Source: Minisyncoccia bacterium
GTDB lineage: Bacteria; Patescibacteriota; Minisyncoccia; Phycocordibacterales; CAJBRS01
Direction: 5' to 3'
DNA length: 64,000 nt
Assembly (NCBI GenBank): GCA_038215155.1
Contig: JBBQRF010000001.1
Span: 54,042-118,041 of the forward strand
A program made the translations under genes and the position numbers. Below are positions 36,663-45,521 of this stretch, piece after piece (the stretch's first letter is position 1; every line of letters starts with the position of its first letter). The notes under the pieces are model-generated. The model had not been told where the DNA came from. It saw only the letters and a list, made by a program, of their open reading frames with translations, and ran no database searches.

Positions 36663-37331
36663 GTGAAGAAACCCCGCATAATACTTTGTCGACATGCCGA
36701 ATCCATGGAGGATGTGGACAATAGTATATACAACTTGTTGGAAGACCTCCAAATTCCGTTGACTGATAAAGGCTTGATTCAGGCGAGGAATTTTGGAGCA
36801 TTCCTGGCGCAACTCTTACAAGGTAACCAAAATGTACATTTTTACACCTCCCCAGGGGTACGTAATGTCCAAACTTTGAAAAGCGTTCTACCACAACTAC
36901 CCGATAATATAAACATTCAGACTAATATTGAACCTCTTTTGGTAAAACAGAATTGGGGAAAAATATCTGGTCAGGATAGAGGGGAGATTGAGGCAGATCG
37001 CTATAGAATCGGAGTGTTGCGCTACGATTTTCCGCAAGGAGAAACGATAGCTAGTTTAATTGATAGATTGTCACGATTTATCATTAAAATTACCGCCTTA
37101 CAAAGGCGAAAAGAAGAAGATTTGGTGGTCTTTTCCCACGGTTTCGAGTTTCGCATTATTCTGATGCTAATCTTAGGCTGGAATGAAGAAAAGTTTGAAT
37201 CATTTAGCAATCTAAATAATTGTGAATACCGTATTCTGACCCAACAAGAGGATAAGTCCTATACGCTCAATACTCCACTTCGTAGACACGGCCAGCCCGT
37301 AACTAGAATTATGAACGCGAAAAAGAGGTAG
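36663..37331 (+). CDS. histidine phosphatase family protein (phosphoglycerate-mutase-like)
   Basis: 222 aa; GTG start; ILCRHAES (RHG-type catalytic motif); C-terminal SHG. Confidence 0.7.
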   Translation: MKKPRIILCRHAESMEDVDNSIYNLLEDLQIPLTDKGLIQARNFGAFLAQLLQGNQNVHFYTSPGVRNVQTLKSVLPQLPDNINIQTNIEPLLVKQNWGKISGQDRGEIEADRYRIGVLRYDFPQGETIASLIDRLSRFIIKITALQRRKEEDLVVFSHGFEFRIILMLILGWNEEKFESFSNLNNCEYRILTQQEDKSYTLNTPLRRHGQPVTRIMNAKKR

Positions 37332-37334
37332 GTA

Positions 37335-37369
37335 CGCCACCATCAAAACAGGTGGCGTTTTTTATTTTT
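37335..37369 (+). terminator. rho-independent terminator
   Basis: cgccacc-atcaaaaca-ggtggcg hairpin followed by ttttttattttt, directly after the stop at 37331. Confidence 0.65.
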
Positions 37370-37421
37370 AGATCATGCTAAAATGGTCTGGGTGGGCGTA
37401 ACTGGTTTAAATACTAAATAG

Positions 37422-38495
37422 TTATATTCCTTCTTTTTTTAATTCCTCTACTAATTTTCTACTTTCTTTGGAAAGCTTTTTTGGTAAGTCGATTTTGATT
37501 CGAATCATTAAATCACCACGATGATTATGGCGGTCGGTCGGTACGCCTTTACCTTTTACTCTGAGAATCTCGCCAAAAGTAATGCCTGCCGGGATTTTAA
37601 CAGTTACTTTTCCATCCAGTGTTTCAATCAGGTACTCGTTTCCTAAGAGTGAGTCGGTTAATTTAATATTTTGATCCATGTAAAGATTAATTCCCTCTTT
37701 TTTAAAGACAGGGTGGGGACGAACGCGAATTTTAACATAGAGATCTCCAGGGGTGCCATTTCCAATGGCTTCACCTTCACCAGTCATACGGATCATTTCA
37801 CCGTTATTGATGCCGGCGGGAATTCCAATTGGAATTTCTACTTGTTTTCGTTCTACTCCTTCGCCTTTGCAATTCCTACATTTCACTTTAGGTATCTCAC
37901 CTTTGCCATGGCAAGTGGGACAAGTTATGACGCTATTGAAGACACCAAGAAAGGAACGGCGGGATTCATTGACTTGCCCCTGCCCATTGCAGGTAGCGCA
38001 GGTTTCCATACCAGAGCCAGGTTCCCCGCCTGTTCCATGACAAATGCTGCAAGTCGAGGTCTTGGTGAGCAATACCTTTTTCTCAGTGCCAAAGACGGAT
38101 TCGCTGAAAGGAATTTCTAAATCAATGGTGATGTCACGCCCACGGCGGCTTTGCCGCCGTGGGCGCCCTCCACCAAAAAAATCACCGAAAATATCTCCCA
38201 GGTCAAAGTCCTGAAATTGGCTAGGGTCAAAACCCTGACCACTAAAGTCGAAGCCGCCAAAACCTCCCGATTGGCCGGCGCCACCGGCTCCCGCATCTCC
38301 ATACATATCGTATTGAGCGCGCTTTTTATCATCAGAAAGCACGCTGTAAGCTTCACTCGCTTCTTTAAATTTAGCGGCATCACCTCCTCCTTTGTCGGGG
38401 TGATATTTATGAGCGATGGTTCGGAAAGCCTTTTTAATTTCCTCTTTAGTCGCCTTGCGATCTATTCCGAGGATTTTGTAATAGTCTTTAGACAT
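37422..38495 (-). CDS. dnaJ: molecular chaperone DnaJ
   Basis: 357 aa; J-domain with HPD; Gly/Phe-rich region; four CxxCxGxG zinc-finger repeats. Confidence 0.93.
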   Translation of the reverse strand: MSKDYYKILGIDRKATKEEIKKAFRTIAHKYHPDKGGGDAAKFKEASEAYSVLSDDKKRAQYDMYGDAGAGGAGQSGGFGGFDFSGQGFDPSQFQDFDLGDIFGDFFGGGRPRRQSRRGRDITIDLEIPFSESVFGTEKKVLLTKTSTCSICHGTGGEPGSGMETCATCNGQGQVNESRRSFLGVFNSVITCPTCHGKGEIPKVKCRNCKGEGVERKQVEIPIGIPAGINNGEMIRMTGEGEAIGNGTPGDLYVKIRVRPHPVFKKEGINLYMDQNIKLTDSLLGNEYLIETLDGKVTVKIPAGITFGEILRVKGKGVPTDRHNHRGDLMIRIKIDLPKKLSKESRKLVEELKKEGI

Positions 38496-40402
38496 TATTT
38501 CGTCTCAGCATCTCGTACATTTCCGTCGGTAGTTCCATCTGTTCCGCTAGCTTGATCACTTCCTGGCGCTCCGGGCTCTGAATTTGTTCCGGCCTGTTGA
38601 TTGGCTTTATTCATCGCTTTACCAATTTTAGACATTTCCGACGAAAGTTCTTCCGTAGCTTTTTTAACCGCCTCAATATCTGTTCCATCTTTCACTCCTT
38701 TCAAGGCTGTAATTTTAGCTTCAACAGAAGACTTTATATCTACCGGCACTTTCTCTCCTCCATCTTTAAGTGCCTTTTCTGCAGCGTAGAGAAGCTGCTC
38801 AGCGGTATTCTTGACATCGGCTTCCTCCCGCTTCTTTTCATCTTCCACTTTATTGGCCTCAGCATCTTTCTGCATCTTTTCAATCTCATCTTTGGAAAGA
38901 CCGGAGCTTCCTTGAATGGTAATTGATTGCTCTTTTCCGCTTGCCTTGTCTTTGGCTTTGACATTGAGAATTCCGTTAGCGTCGACATCAAAGGAAACTT
39001 CAACCTGAGGCATACCCCGAGGAGCCGGTGGAATGCCATCTAGGATAAAGCGACCAAGAGATTTATTATCTTTCGACATGGCCCGTTCTCCTTGCACTAC
39101 ATGGATTTCGACTGAAGTTTGGTTATCAGCAGCAGTAGAAAAGATTTGTGAACGAGAAGTTGGGATAGTAGTATTTCGGTCAATTAATTTTGTGGCTACA
39201 TTACCCATAGTCTCAATTCCTAGGGAAAGAGGAATGACGTCAAGCAAGAGCAGGTCTTTAACATCTCCGGAAAGTATTCCTCCTTGAATGGCGGCGCCAA
39301 GAGCCACTACCTCGTCGGGATTAACGGTCATGTTTGGATCCTTGCCGAAATATTTTTTGACCTCTTCCTGAATCTTCGGCATGCGTGTCTGACCTCCCAC
39401 CAAAATGATTTCGTTTATTTCTCCAAGTTTGAAAGGTGATGCTTCAAGTGCGCGCTTAGTGATTTGCATGGCACGGTCAATAAATTCAGCGGTGAGCTCT
39501 TCTAACTTTGCCCGAGTCATTTTAATGAGTAGGTGTTTTGGGCCATCGCTGCCAGAAGTAATGAATGGAATGTTAATCTCCGTCTCCACTGCAGTTGAAA
39601 GTTCAATCTTTGCTTTCTCAGCTGCTTCATCCAATCGCTGTTTAGCTAAAGGATCAGTTAATAGATCAATCCCCTGCTCTTTTTTGAATTCATCAGCAAG
39701 CCACTGAATAATCTTCTGATCAATATCTTTTCCCCCGAGATGAGCATCTCCATCAGTGGACTTTACTTCAATGACGTCGCCGCCTACTTCCAGAATAGAT
39801 ATATCGAAAGTCCCACCTCCAAAGTCGAAGACGGCAATTTTTTCGTCCTTTTTTTTCTCAAAACCATAAGCGAGTGCTGCGGCTGTTGGTTCGTTAATAA
39901 TTCTCATTACCTCTAGCCCCGCAATCTTGCCGGCGTCTTTCGTTGCTTGTCGCTGGGAGTCATTAAAGTAGGCCGGCACGGTGATGACGGCTTGGGTAAT
40001 TTTCTCACCTAAACGAGCTTCGGCGTCTGCCTTTAATTTCTGCAGAATCATGGCAGAAATTTCTTCAGGTCTTAAGTATTTATCACCCATTTTTACTTCA
40101 ATTCCACCGCTTGCGCTTTTTTTTGTTTCGAACGGCACTACTTTGGTATCTTTCTGAACGGCTGGCTCATCAAAAGTATGACCAATGAAGCGCTTAATTT
40201 GAAAGATAGTGTTGTGCGGATTAGTGACGGATTGGCGTTTAGCCAAAAGGCCGACTAATTTTTCTTTAGTTTTTGATTCAGCAACAATGGATGGAGTGGT
40301 CCGAGCGCCTTCCGCATTTTCAAGAATTTTTGGGGAGCCTGCCTCCATTACCGCCACGGCAGAATTTGTGGTACCGAGATCGATACCGATAATTTTAGAC
40401 AT
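38495..40402 (-). CDS. dnaK: molecular chaperone DnaK (Hsp70)
   Basis: 635 aa; [22 protein letters not shown], and the other Hsp70 signatures. Confidence 0.96.
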   Translation of the reverse strand: MSKIIGIDLGTTNSAVAVMEAGSPKILENAEGARTTPSIVAESKTKEKLVGLLAKRQSVTNPHNTIFQIKRFIGHTFDEPAVQKDTKVVPFETKKSASGGIEVKMGDKYLRPEEISAMILQKLKADAEARLGEKITQAVITVPAYFNDSQRQATKDAGKIAGLEVMRIINEPTAAALAYGFEKKKDEKIAVFDFGGGTFDISILEVGGDVIEVKSTDGDAHLGGKDIDQKIIQWLADEFKKEQGIDLLTDPLAKQRLDEAAEKAKIELSTAVETEINIPFITSGSDGPKHLLIKMTRAKLEELTAEFIDRAMQITKRALEASPFKLGEINEIILVGGQTRMPKIQEEVKKYFGKDPNMTVNPDEVVALGAAIQGGILSGDVKDLLLLDVIPLSLGIETMGNVATKLIDRNTTIPTSRSQIFSTAADNQTSVEIHVVQGERAMSKDNKSLGRFILDGIPPAPRGMPQVEVSFDVDANGILNVKAKDKASGKEQSITIQGSSGLSKDEIEKMQKDAEANKVEDEKKREEADVKNTAEQLLYAAEKALKDGGEKVPVDIKSSVEAKITALKGVKDGTDIEAVKKATEELSSEMSKIGKAMNKANQQAGTNSEPGAPGSDQASGTDGTTDGNVRDAETK

Positions 40403-40446
40403 AATTTTAAATAGTTAACCTAGTAATCAACTGCTTCCTGCTTTGA

Positions 40447-40809
40447 TTAGGCATTAGGTCCTCTAGTTTTTTGAGTGGAAAAAAATTCTGCTTCTCTAAA
40501 TATATTTAAAAAATATGGAGATGGAACAAGGCGAAGTGTTGAGGTTTGATTAGAAATTGTAGAATTTCCGGCAAGGAGGTAAGTCTTCGCCGAAATATCT
40601 TCCTCGACAATGAGGAAGATATTTCGGCTCTTTAATTCATCTTTCTGGGCGAGGAGAATTTGATACTCCTGTGCTGTCAGGGCCTTTTCTCCGAGAATGG
40701 AGAGCTTTCTGTCCTGATTAAATACAAAAAATGAGGCATGCCATCTACCTTTAGTCCTTGAAACTAAGATGCCCGCTTGCTGATTCTGTTTTTTAATTAA
40801 TTCCAACAT
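40447..40809 (-). CDS. hypothetical ORF between grpE and dnaK (doubtful coding)
   Basis: 120-aa ORF that contains a perfect 17-bp inverted repeat in its middle. No recognisable domain; may instead be a regulatory or UTR region. Confidence 0.25.
   Translation of the reverse strand: MLELIKKQNQQAGILVSRTKGRWHASFFVFNQDRKLSILGEKALTAQEYQILLAQKDELKSRNIFLIVEEDISAKTYLLAGNSTISNQTSTLRLVPSPYFLNIFREAEFFSTQKTRGPNA
40589..40628. promoter_or_regulatory. perfect 17-bp inverted repeat (6-nt loop) upstream of dnaK
   Basis: gccgaaatatcttcctc-gacaat-gaggaagatatttcggc at 40589-40605 / 40612-40628, about 190 bp upstream of the dnaK start. Not followed by a U-run on the minus strand. Confidence 0.5.
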
Positions 40810-40812
40810 GTA

Positions 40813-41376
40813 TTATTCAAAAACTTTGACTAAGGCCGGCCTCAGAACTCTTTCTCTCATTTTATAACCCTTTTGGAGAACTTCGGCAATAGTTTGGCTA
40901 GTAGCGCTCTCATTTAGAGGAACCGAGGCGATGGCCTGATGGAAATTGGGATCAAAAGTATCGCCAATTTCTCCATAAGCTAGAACTCCGCTTCTCGTAA
41001 GAATTGAACGAAGCTGCTGGTCAATTCCCTCCATTCCATTCGCCCATTCCTTTGGGACGCCCTGATCCTCCTTCATCTTACTGATGGCGACATCAAAACT
41101 ATCTAAAACCGGCAGAATTTCCTCAATTAACTTTGCTGAAGCGTACAAGAGATGCTCTGTGTTTCTTTCCTCGTCTCTCTTTCGAGCATTAATGAATTCG
41201 GCCTTGTCTCTTTGCCAATTATCAAGATATTTTTGCTTTTCCGCTACCGCCTCCTTCAATTTCAGACGAAGCTTTTTCACGACATCTTTTCCCACCACTT
41301 CTTCCCCGTCCTCGTTAGTCTCAACGATTTCTTCTTCTACTTCTTCATTGATTGATTTTGTATCTTTATCAGACAT
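40813..41376 (-). CDS. grpE: nucleotide exchange factor GrpE
   Basis: 187 aa; acidic N-terminus, long helix and C-terminal beta-domain pattern typical of GrpE (…LLPVLDSFD…). Confidence 0.85.
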   Translation of the reverse strand: MSDKDTKSINEEVEEEIVETNEDGEEVVGKDVVKKLRLKLKEAVAEKQKYLDNWQRDKAEFINARKRDEERNTEHLLYASAKLIEEILPVLDSFDVAISKMKEDQGVPKEWANGMEGIDQQLRSILTRSGVLAYGEIGDTFDPNFHQAIASVPLNESATSQTIAEVLQKGYKMRERVLRPALVKVFE

Positions 41377-41438
41377 TTTTTTATTGGGCGAAACAAAAGA
41401 ACTTCTTTTGCGAAGCCCTCGAGAAAAATCTATCTTTA

Positions 41439-41846
41439 CTATCTCTTACTCCACTGCGGAGCCTTGCGAGCTTTCTTCAAGCCGAACTTACGTCTTTCTT
41501 TACTTCGGGGATCTCTTTTCAAATAACCCTCTTTTTTTAAAGTAGTTCTGAGTTCTTTATCATATTCTATGAGCGCCCGAGATAGGCCATGGCGAAGAGC
41601 ACCTGCCTGAGAACTAATGCCTCCTCCTTTCAGTTTAACAGTAATTTTAAACTTCCCTGTTAAACCTGCTTTATTTAGCGGATTAGTAACCGTCATTCGT
41701 AAAGCAGCGGTTGGAAAATAAGACTCTAAGGCGCGATCATTGACCAGATACGATTGCTTACTCTCTGGAGTAATTCGGACTCGCGCGACGGATGTTTTGC
41801 GGCGACCGACAGCTTCAATATATTTTGTTGTAAGAGTGGTAGACAT
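41439..41846 (-). CDS. rpsI: 30S ribosomal protein S9
   Basis: 135 aa; GGGISSQAGALRHGLSRAL and C-terminal ...KKARKAPQWSKR. Confidence 0.92.
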   Translation of the reverse strand: MSTTLTTKYIEAVGRRKTSVARVRITPESKQSYLVNDRALESYFPTAALRMTVTNPLNKAGLTGKFKITVKLKGGGISSQAGALRHGLSRALIEYDKELRTTLKKEGYLKRDPRSKERRKFGLKKARKAPQWSKR

Positions 41847-41849
41847 TGA

Positions 41850-42194
41850 TTAATCTGAAATAATTAATTGCTTGAGCATTTTAGCCCGAAGTTTATTCGA
41901 TGGCAACATTCCGTGCACAGCTTTCCGAAAGACTTCCTTGTATCCCTTAGTGGTTATCATTTTTTCTAGAGTTATTTTACTTTGGCCGCCCGGAAAACCA
42001 GAATATTTCTGATAAATCTTACCAGTGCGTTTCTTCGCATCAATATTAGCGGATGAGGCGTTGATTATGCGAACTGTCTGTTCCGGAATACGATGTCGTG
42101 CAAAATCCACTCTATTTTTTCCCATTAAAACACTGGCAGCTTCTGATGCTACCCGTCCCAATCTTTTGTTTTTTGCGTCAATTGTGTGTTCCAT
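41850..42194 (-). CDS. rplM: 50S ribosomal protein L13
   Basis: 114 aa; typical uL13 N-terminus (…IDAKNKRLGRVAS…). Confidence 0.9.
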   Translation of the reverse strand: MEHTIDAKNKRLGRVASEAASVLMGKNRVDFARHRIPEQTVRIINASSANIDAKKRTGKIYQKYSGFPGGQSKITLEKMITTKGYKEVFRKAVHGMLPSNKLRAKMLKQLIISD

Positions 42195-42214
42195 AATCAG
42201 TCTTCAATATTCCA

Positions 42215-42565
42215 TTAAACTAATTCGATTTGAGCCATTTTACTCCCATCACCCATTCGGCGAGCCAATCGAGTAATCCGTGTATACCCTCCCTTACGAG
42301 TTTCGTATCTTACACCAATATCTTTAAAAAGTTTAGTGACGGCACGATTTTGGCCAATCCTACTAGCCACTAACCGGCGTGCAGCGATATTATCAGTTTT
42401 ACTCTTAGAAATTATCTTTTCAATATAAGGGCGCAGCTCTTTGGCTTTAGCTTCAGTGGTCACAATTTTCTCATCCCGAATAAGAGAGACAGCCATTGTC
42501 TTCATCAGGGCCGTTCGACCCTTTCTTTTCAATCCTAATTTTCGGTTGGAATTATGGTGGCGCAT
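42215..42565 (-). CDS. rplQ: 50S ribosomal protein L17
   Basis: 116 aa; MRHHNSNRKLGLKRKGRTALMKTMAVSLI is the bL17 N-terminal signature. Confidence 0.9.
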   Translation of the reverse strand: MRHHNSNRKLGLKRKGRTALMKTMAVSLIRDEKIVTTEAKAKELRPYIEKIISKSKTDNIAARRLVASRIGQNRAVTKLFKDIGVRYETRKGGYTRITRLARRMGDGSKMAQIELV

Positions 42566-42569
42566 TTTA

Positions 42570-43544
42570 TTATCCTTTTAAAGACATTTCATTACTCTCT
42601 AAAACTTTTTTTATTTCATCCACTCCTTTCGCTCCTAATCCCTCAATTTCTAAAATATCTTTCTCTTTCTTCTTGCCTAATCCACCAAGTGTTCGAACAT
42701 TGCCAGCAATTAAGGCATTAATAGTGCGTTGTGAAAGATCCAGAGATTCGATTCTAGTTTTCAATAAATCCTCATGGTCTTCCTTTTTTTCCGAATTAGT
42801 TGCCTCAGTTGGAGAAGCCGTTTCTTTGTGATGAATTAAAATCTCTTCCTCTTCTTTAAAGCCCACAATGGCTTTCAACTGATTAATCATAATCTCAATT
42901 GATTTCTCGAGTGCGTCCTTTGGAGAGACCGTGCCGTCAGTTTCGATAAAAATCTTTAAGCGATTGAAGTCAGTACGATTACCTACTCGCATATGATCAA
43001 CATCGTAATTCACTCGTTTGATAGGGCTAAATGGGGCGTCTAGGGCAATAGTACCAATCTCCACCTTGTCCTTTTGTAAGCTTTCCTTGGATAAATAGCC
43101 GATGCCTTTTTCCACAGTTAACTCCATGTTAATTTCGCCACTTTTGTCCGTTAACTCAGCAATGTATTGGTCTCCATTCATAATTTTAGCCTGTCCCGGT
43201 ACTTTAATATCGGAAGCGGTAATTTTCTTAGGTCCCTTGATCTTTAGGGTAAGAACTTGTGGTTCATCGGATAGTAGCTCAATACGTACTTTCTTTAGAT
43301 TTAAAATTATATTAATGACATCTTCTTTCACTCCAGGAATGGTGGAGAACTCGTGACTAACACCGTCAATTTTTACAGCAGTGATAGCGGAACCCGGCAG
43401 AGAAGATAGAATAATGCGGCGCAAGGAATTACCTAAAGTATGTCCGTAACCCGGATATAAACCGTCAATTTCAAATGTCCCTTGAAAACCACTTTCAGTA
43501 ACAATGCGAGGTTTGGAAGGTAATAATACGTTGTAATCAGACAT
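42570..43544 (-). CDS. rpoA: DNA-directed RNA polymerase alpha subunit
   Basis: 324 aa; N-terminal domain (…GYGHTLGNSLRRILLSSLPG…) and C-terminal alpha-CTD helix-hairpin-helix (…LDLSQRTINAL…). Confidence 0.92.
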   Translation of the reverse strand: MSDYNVLLPSKPRIVTESGFQGTFEIDGLYPGYGHTLGNSLRRIILSSLPGSAITAVKIDGVSHEFSTIPGVKEDVINIILNLKKVRIELLSDEPQVLTLKIKGPKKITASDIKVPGQAKIMNGDQYIAELTDKSGEINMELTVEKGIGYLSKESLQKDKVEIGTIALDAPFSPIKRVNYDVDHMRVGNRTDFNRLKIFIETDGTVSPKDALEKSIEIMINQLKAIVGFKEEEEILIHHKETASPTEATNSEKKEDHEDLLKTRIESLDLSQRTINALIAGNVRTLGGLGKKKEKDILEIEGLGAKGVDEIKKVLESNEMSLKG

Positions 43545-43560
43545 AAAAATATTTTAATAA

Positions 43561-44172
43561 TTATCGTTTATAAAATTCCAAAACAGCTCCGAGATCAAAA
43601 AGTAAACTCTGACCTTGAAGCTGGGGTACTCCTTTAATTTCCCCTTTATTTTCTTTAATGTTGAATGAAAGCCAAGCTGGCAATGTTTCCCCGGCCATTT
43701 TCTCTTCTAGCTCGGCAAAAATCTTCTTGTCTTTACTTCCCTCTCTAATACTAATTAATTCACCTACTCTCACTTGATATGAGGGAATGGTGACACGCTG
43801 ACCATTGACGCTGATATGACCATGAGAAACCATTTGACGTGCAGCGGAACGAGTCTTGGTCAAACCTATTCGGTATACGACGTTATCTAATCGCTGCTCT
43901 AATAAAACAAAGAGGCGTTCCTGTGGGGGAACTTTAGTATTTTTGCTAAGAATTTTATTTACATAATTGCCAAATTGCTTCTCGGAAACTCCGTAAGAAA
44001 AACGTGCTTTCTGCTTTTCAATTAATTGCTGCCCGAAGTCACTTCTAGGACGAGGGCGGCCCATGTTCTTAGACTTCTTCTCCGCTCCCGCTTTAAACTT
44101 AGCGGTTTGAGTTTTTTCAAATATTGGAGCTCCTAGACGGCGAGCAATTTTAAATTTTGGGCCTATTTTCAT
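43561..44172 (-). CDS. rpsD: 30S ribosomal protein S4
   Basis: 203 aa; uS4 N-terminus MKIGPKFKIARRLG and an S4 RNA-binding domain. Confidence 0.9.
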   Translation of the reverse strand: MKIGPKFKIARRLGAPIFEKTQTAKFKAGAEKKSKNMGRPRPRSDFGQQLIEKQKARFSYGVSEKQFGNYVNKILSKNTKVPPQERLFVLLEQRLDNVVYRIGLTKTRSAARQMVSHGHISVNGQRVTIPSYQVRVGELISIREGSKDKKIFAELEEKMAGETLPAWLSFNIKENKGEIKGVPQLQGQSLLFDLGAVLEFYKR

Positions 44173-44181
44173 ATTTTTATA

Positions 44182-44610
44182 TTAAACGCGACGTGGCTTC
44201 TTTGGTTTCGGACCATTATGTGGAACTGGAGTAACGTCTTTAATGGAAGTGATGGCAATTCCTTTTGATACGAAGCCACGGATAGACGATTCTCGGCCAG
44301 AACCGACCCCCTTTACTACCACGGCGACCTCCTTTAATCCCATAGTCAGGGCCTTGCCTCCGACAGTTTCCCCTACCTTGGCCGCGGCAAATGGAGTGCC
44401 TTTTTTGGCACCCTTAAAGCCTAAAGCTCCACTTGATGACCAAGTAAGACTATTTCCTTTTGGATCAGTCAAAACTACCTTTGTATTATTATAGGTGGAC
44501 TGAACATATAAAATGCCATTGTCCACTCGCTTTTTAGATAATACAGCAGGAGCAGCTTTTGCGCCTTCTGTGTCACCTTCACCTTTTTTTACAATTCGTT
44601 TCTTACCCAT
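44182..44610 (-). CDS. rpsK: 30S ribosomal protein S11
   Basis: 142 aa; uS11 signature (…GSGRESSIRGF…ITSIKDVTPVPHNG…). Confidence 0.9.
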   Translation of the reverse strand: MGKKRIVKKGEGDTEGAKAAPAVLSKKRVDNGILYVQSTYNNTKVVLTDPKGNSLTWSSSGALGFKGAKKGTPFAAAKVGETVGGKALTMGLKEVAVVVKGVGSGRESSIRGFVSKGIAITSIKDVTPVPHNGPKPKKPRRV

Positions 44611-44646
44611 TGTTCGTGTTGTATTAATTATTGGATGACTAATTTA

Positions 44647-45024
44647 TTATTTTTTGGTCTCTTTCTTACGACCGGTGCCCATGGTTTTCTTCGCTCCTTT
44701 AAGAGTGCGGGCATTGGTCTTGGTTCGCTGCCCCCGCGCTGGTAGTCGTTTAGTATGGCGGCTGCCTCGATAAGACTTAATATCTTTCAATCGTTTAATA
44801 TTGGCTGAAACTTCTCGCTTCAAATCCCCTTCAATTTTAAATTGCTCAATAATGCGGCGAATTTCATTTTCCTGCTCTACCTTCAAGTCCTTGGCTTTAG
44901 CTCCATACTCTATTTTGGCTTGATCTAAAATATCATGAGCTCGAGGACGGCCAATACCATATAGAGTAGTTAGCCCAATCTCAAGTCTTTTATTATCTGG
45001 AATGGTGATACCTAATATACGCAT
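44647..45024 (-). CDS. rpsM: 30S ribosomal protein S13
   Basis: 125 aa; MRILGITIPDNKRLEIGLTTLYGIGR. Confidence 0.9.
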   Translation of the reverse strand: MRILGITIPDNKRLEIGLTTLYGIGRPRAHDILDQAKIEYGAKAKDLKVEQENEIRRIIEQFKIEGDLKREVSANIKRLKDIKSYRGSRHTKRLPARGQRTKTNARTLKGAKKTMGTGRKKETKK

Positions 45025-45029
45025 AATAT

Positions 45030-45146
45030 TTAGCCTTGACGTTGCTTGTGGCGAGGATTCGCCTTACAAATAATATAAACATAGCCCTTTCGGCGGACCA
45101 CCTGGCATTTCGGACACATTTTCTTTACTGATGCTTTTACTTTCAT
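45030..45146 (-). CDS. rpmJ: 50S ribosomal protein L36
   Basis: 38 aa, found by hand: [38 protein letters not shown] (zinc-ribbon C-x2-C...C-x-H pattern of bL36). Its position between infA and rpsM is canonical. Absent from the track because it is below 60 aa. Confidence 0.85.
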   Translation of the reverse strand: MKVKASVKKMCPKCQVVRRKGYVYIICKANPRHKQRQG

Positions 45147-45228
45147 TGGGATTTAAAATTACCGACAAAAAAACAACCCTCATCCTCTTTTTATATTTTT
45201 CTGAAACTAGGACGTGGGCGTGACTTTC

Positions 45229-45450
45229 TTAAAATCTTTTTACTATCCTCCCCCTTCCTCCGTATGGATCAAGCTCAAGTTGAACCTTATCTCCAATTAA
45301 AACTCTGATTCGATTTAGTCTCATCCGACCACCTAGATAAGCTAGAATTTCCTCTTCCTTGTCATCGAGTTTTATTCGAAACAAGGTATTGGGTAAGGCC
45401 TCCGTGACTACTCCTGTAGCCGTTGGCACTTTTTCTTTGCGGTTATCCAT
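45229..45450 (-). CDS. infA: translation initiation factor IF-1
   Basis: 73 aa; S1-like OB fold (…[44 protein letters not shown]…). Confidence 0.9.
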   Translation of the reverse strand: MDNRKEKVPTATGVVTEALPNTLFRIKLDDKEEEILAYLGGRMRLNRIRVLIGDKVQLELDPYGGRGRIVKRF

Positions 45451-45521
45451 TAGTTGGTCTGAGTCATCAAATTAAATCAGTTTTCCTATCATAACAGCAA
45501 TCGGCTATACCCGTCAAGCTA

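Noticed and set aside
40610-40663. 17-codon plus-strand mini-ORF starting in the loop of the 17-bp palindrome
   Set aside because: The nearest SD-like sequence is 27 nt upstream, which is too far. It is more parsimoniously part of the palindromic regulatory element.
40400-41440. Search for a CIRCE element (TTAGCACTC-N9-GAGTGCTAA) around grpE/dnaK
   Set aside because: No match was found by eye in the dnaK/grpE upstream regions. The 17-bp palindrome has a different sequence, so HrcA/CIRCE control is not supported from this window.
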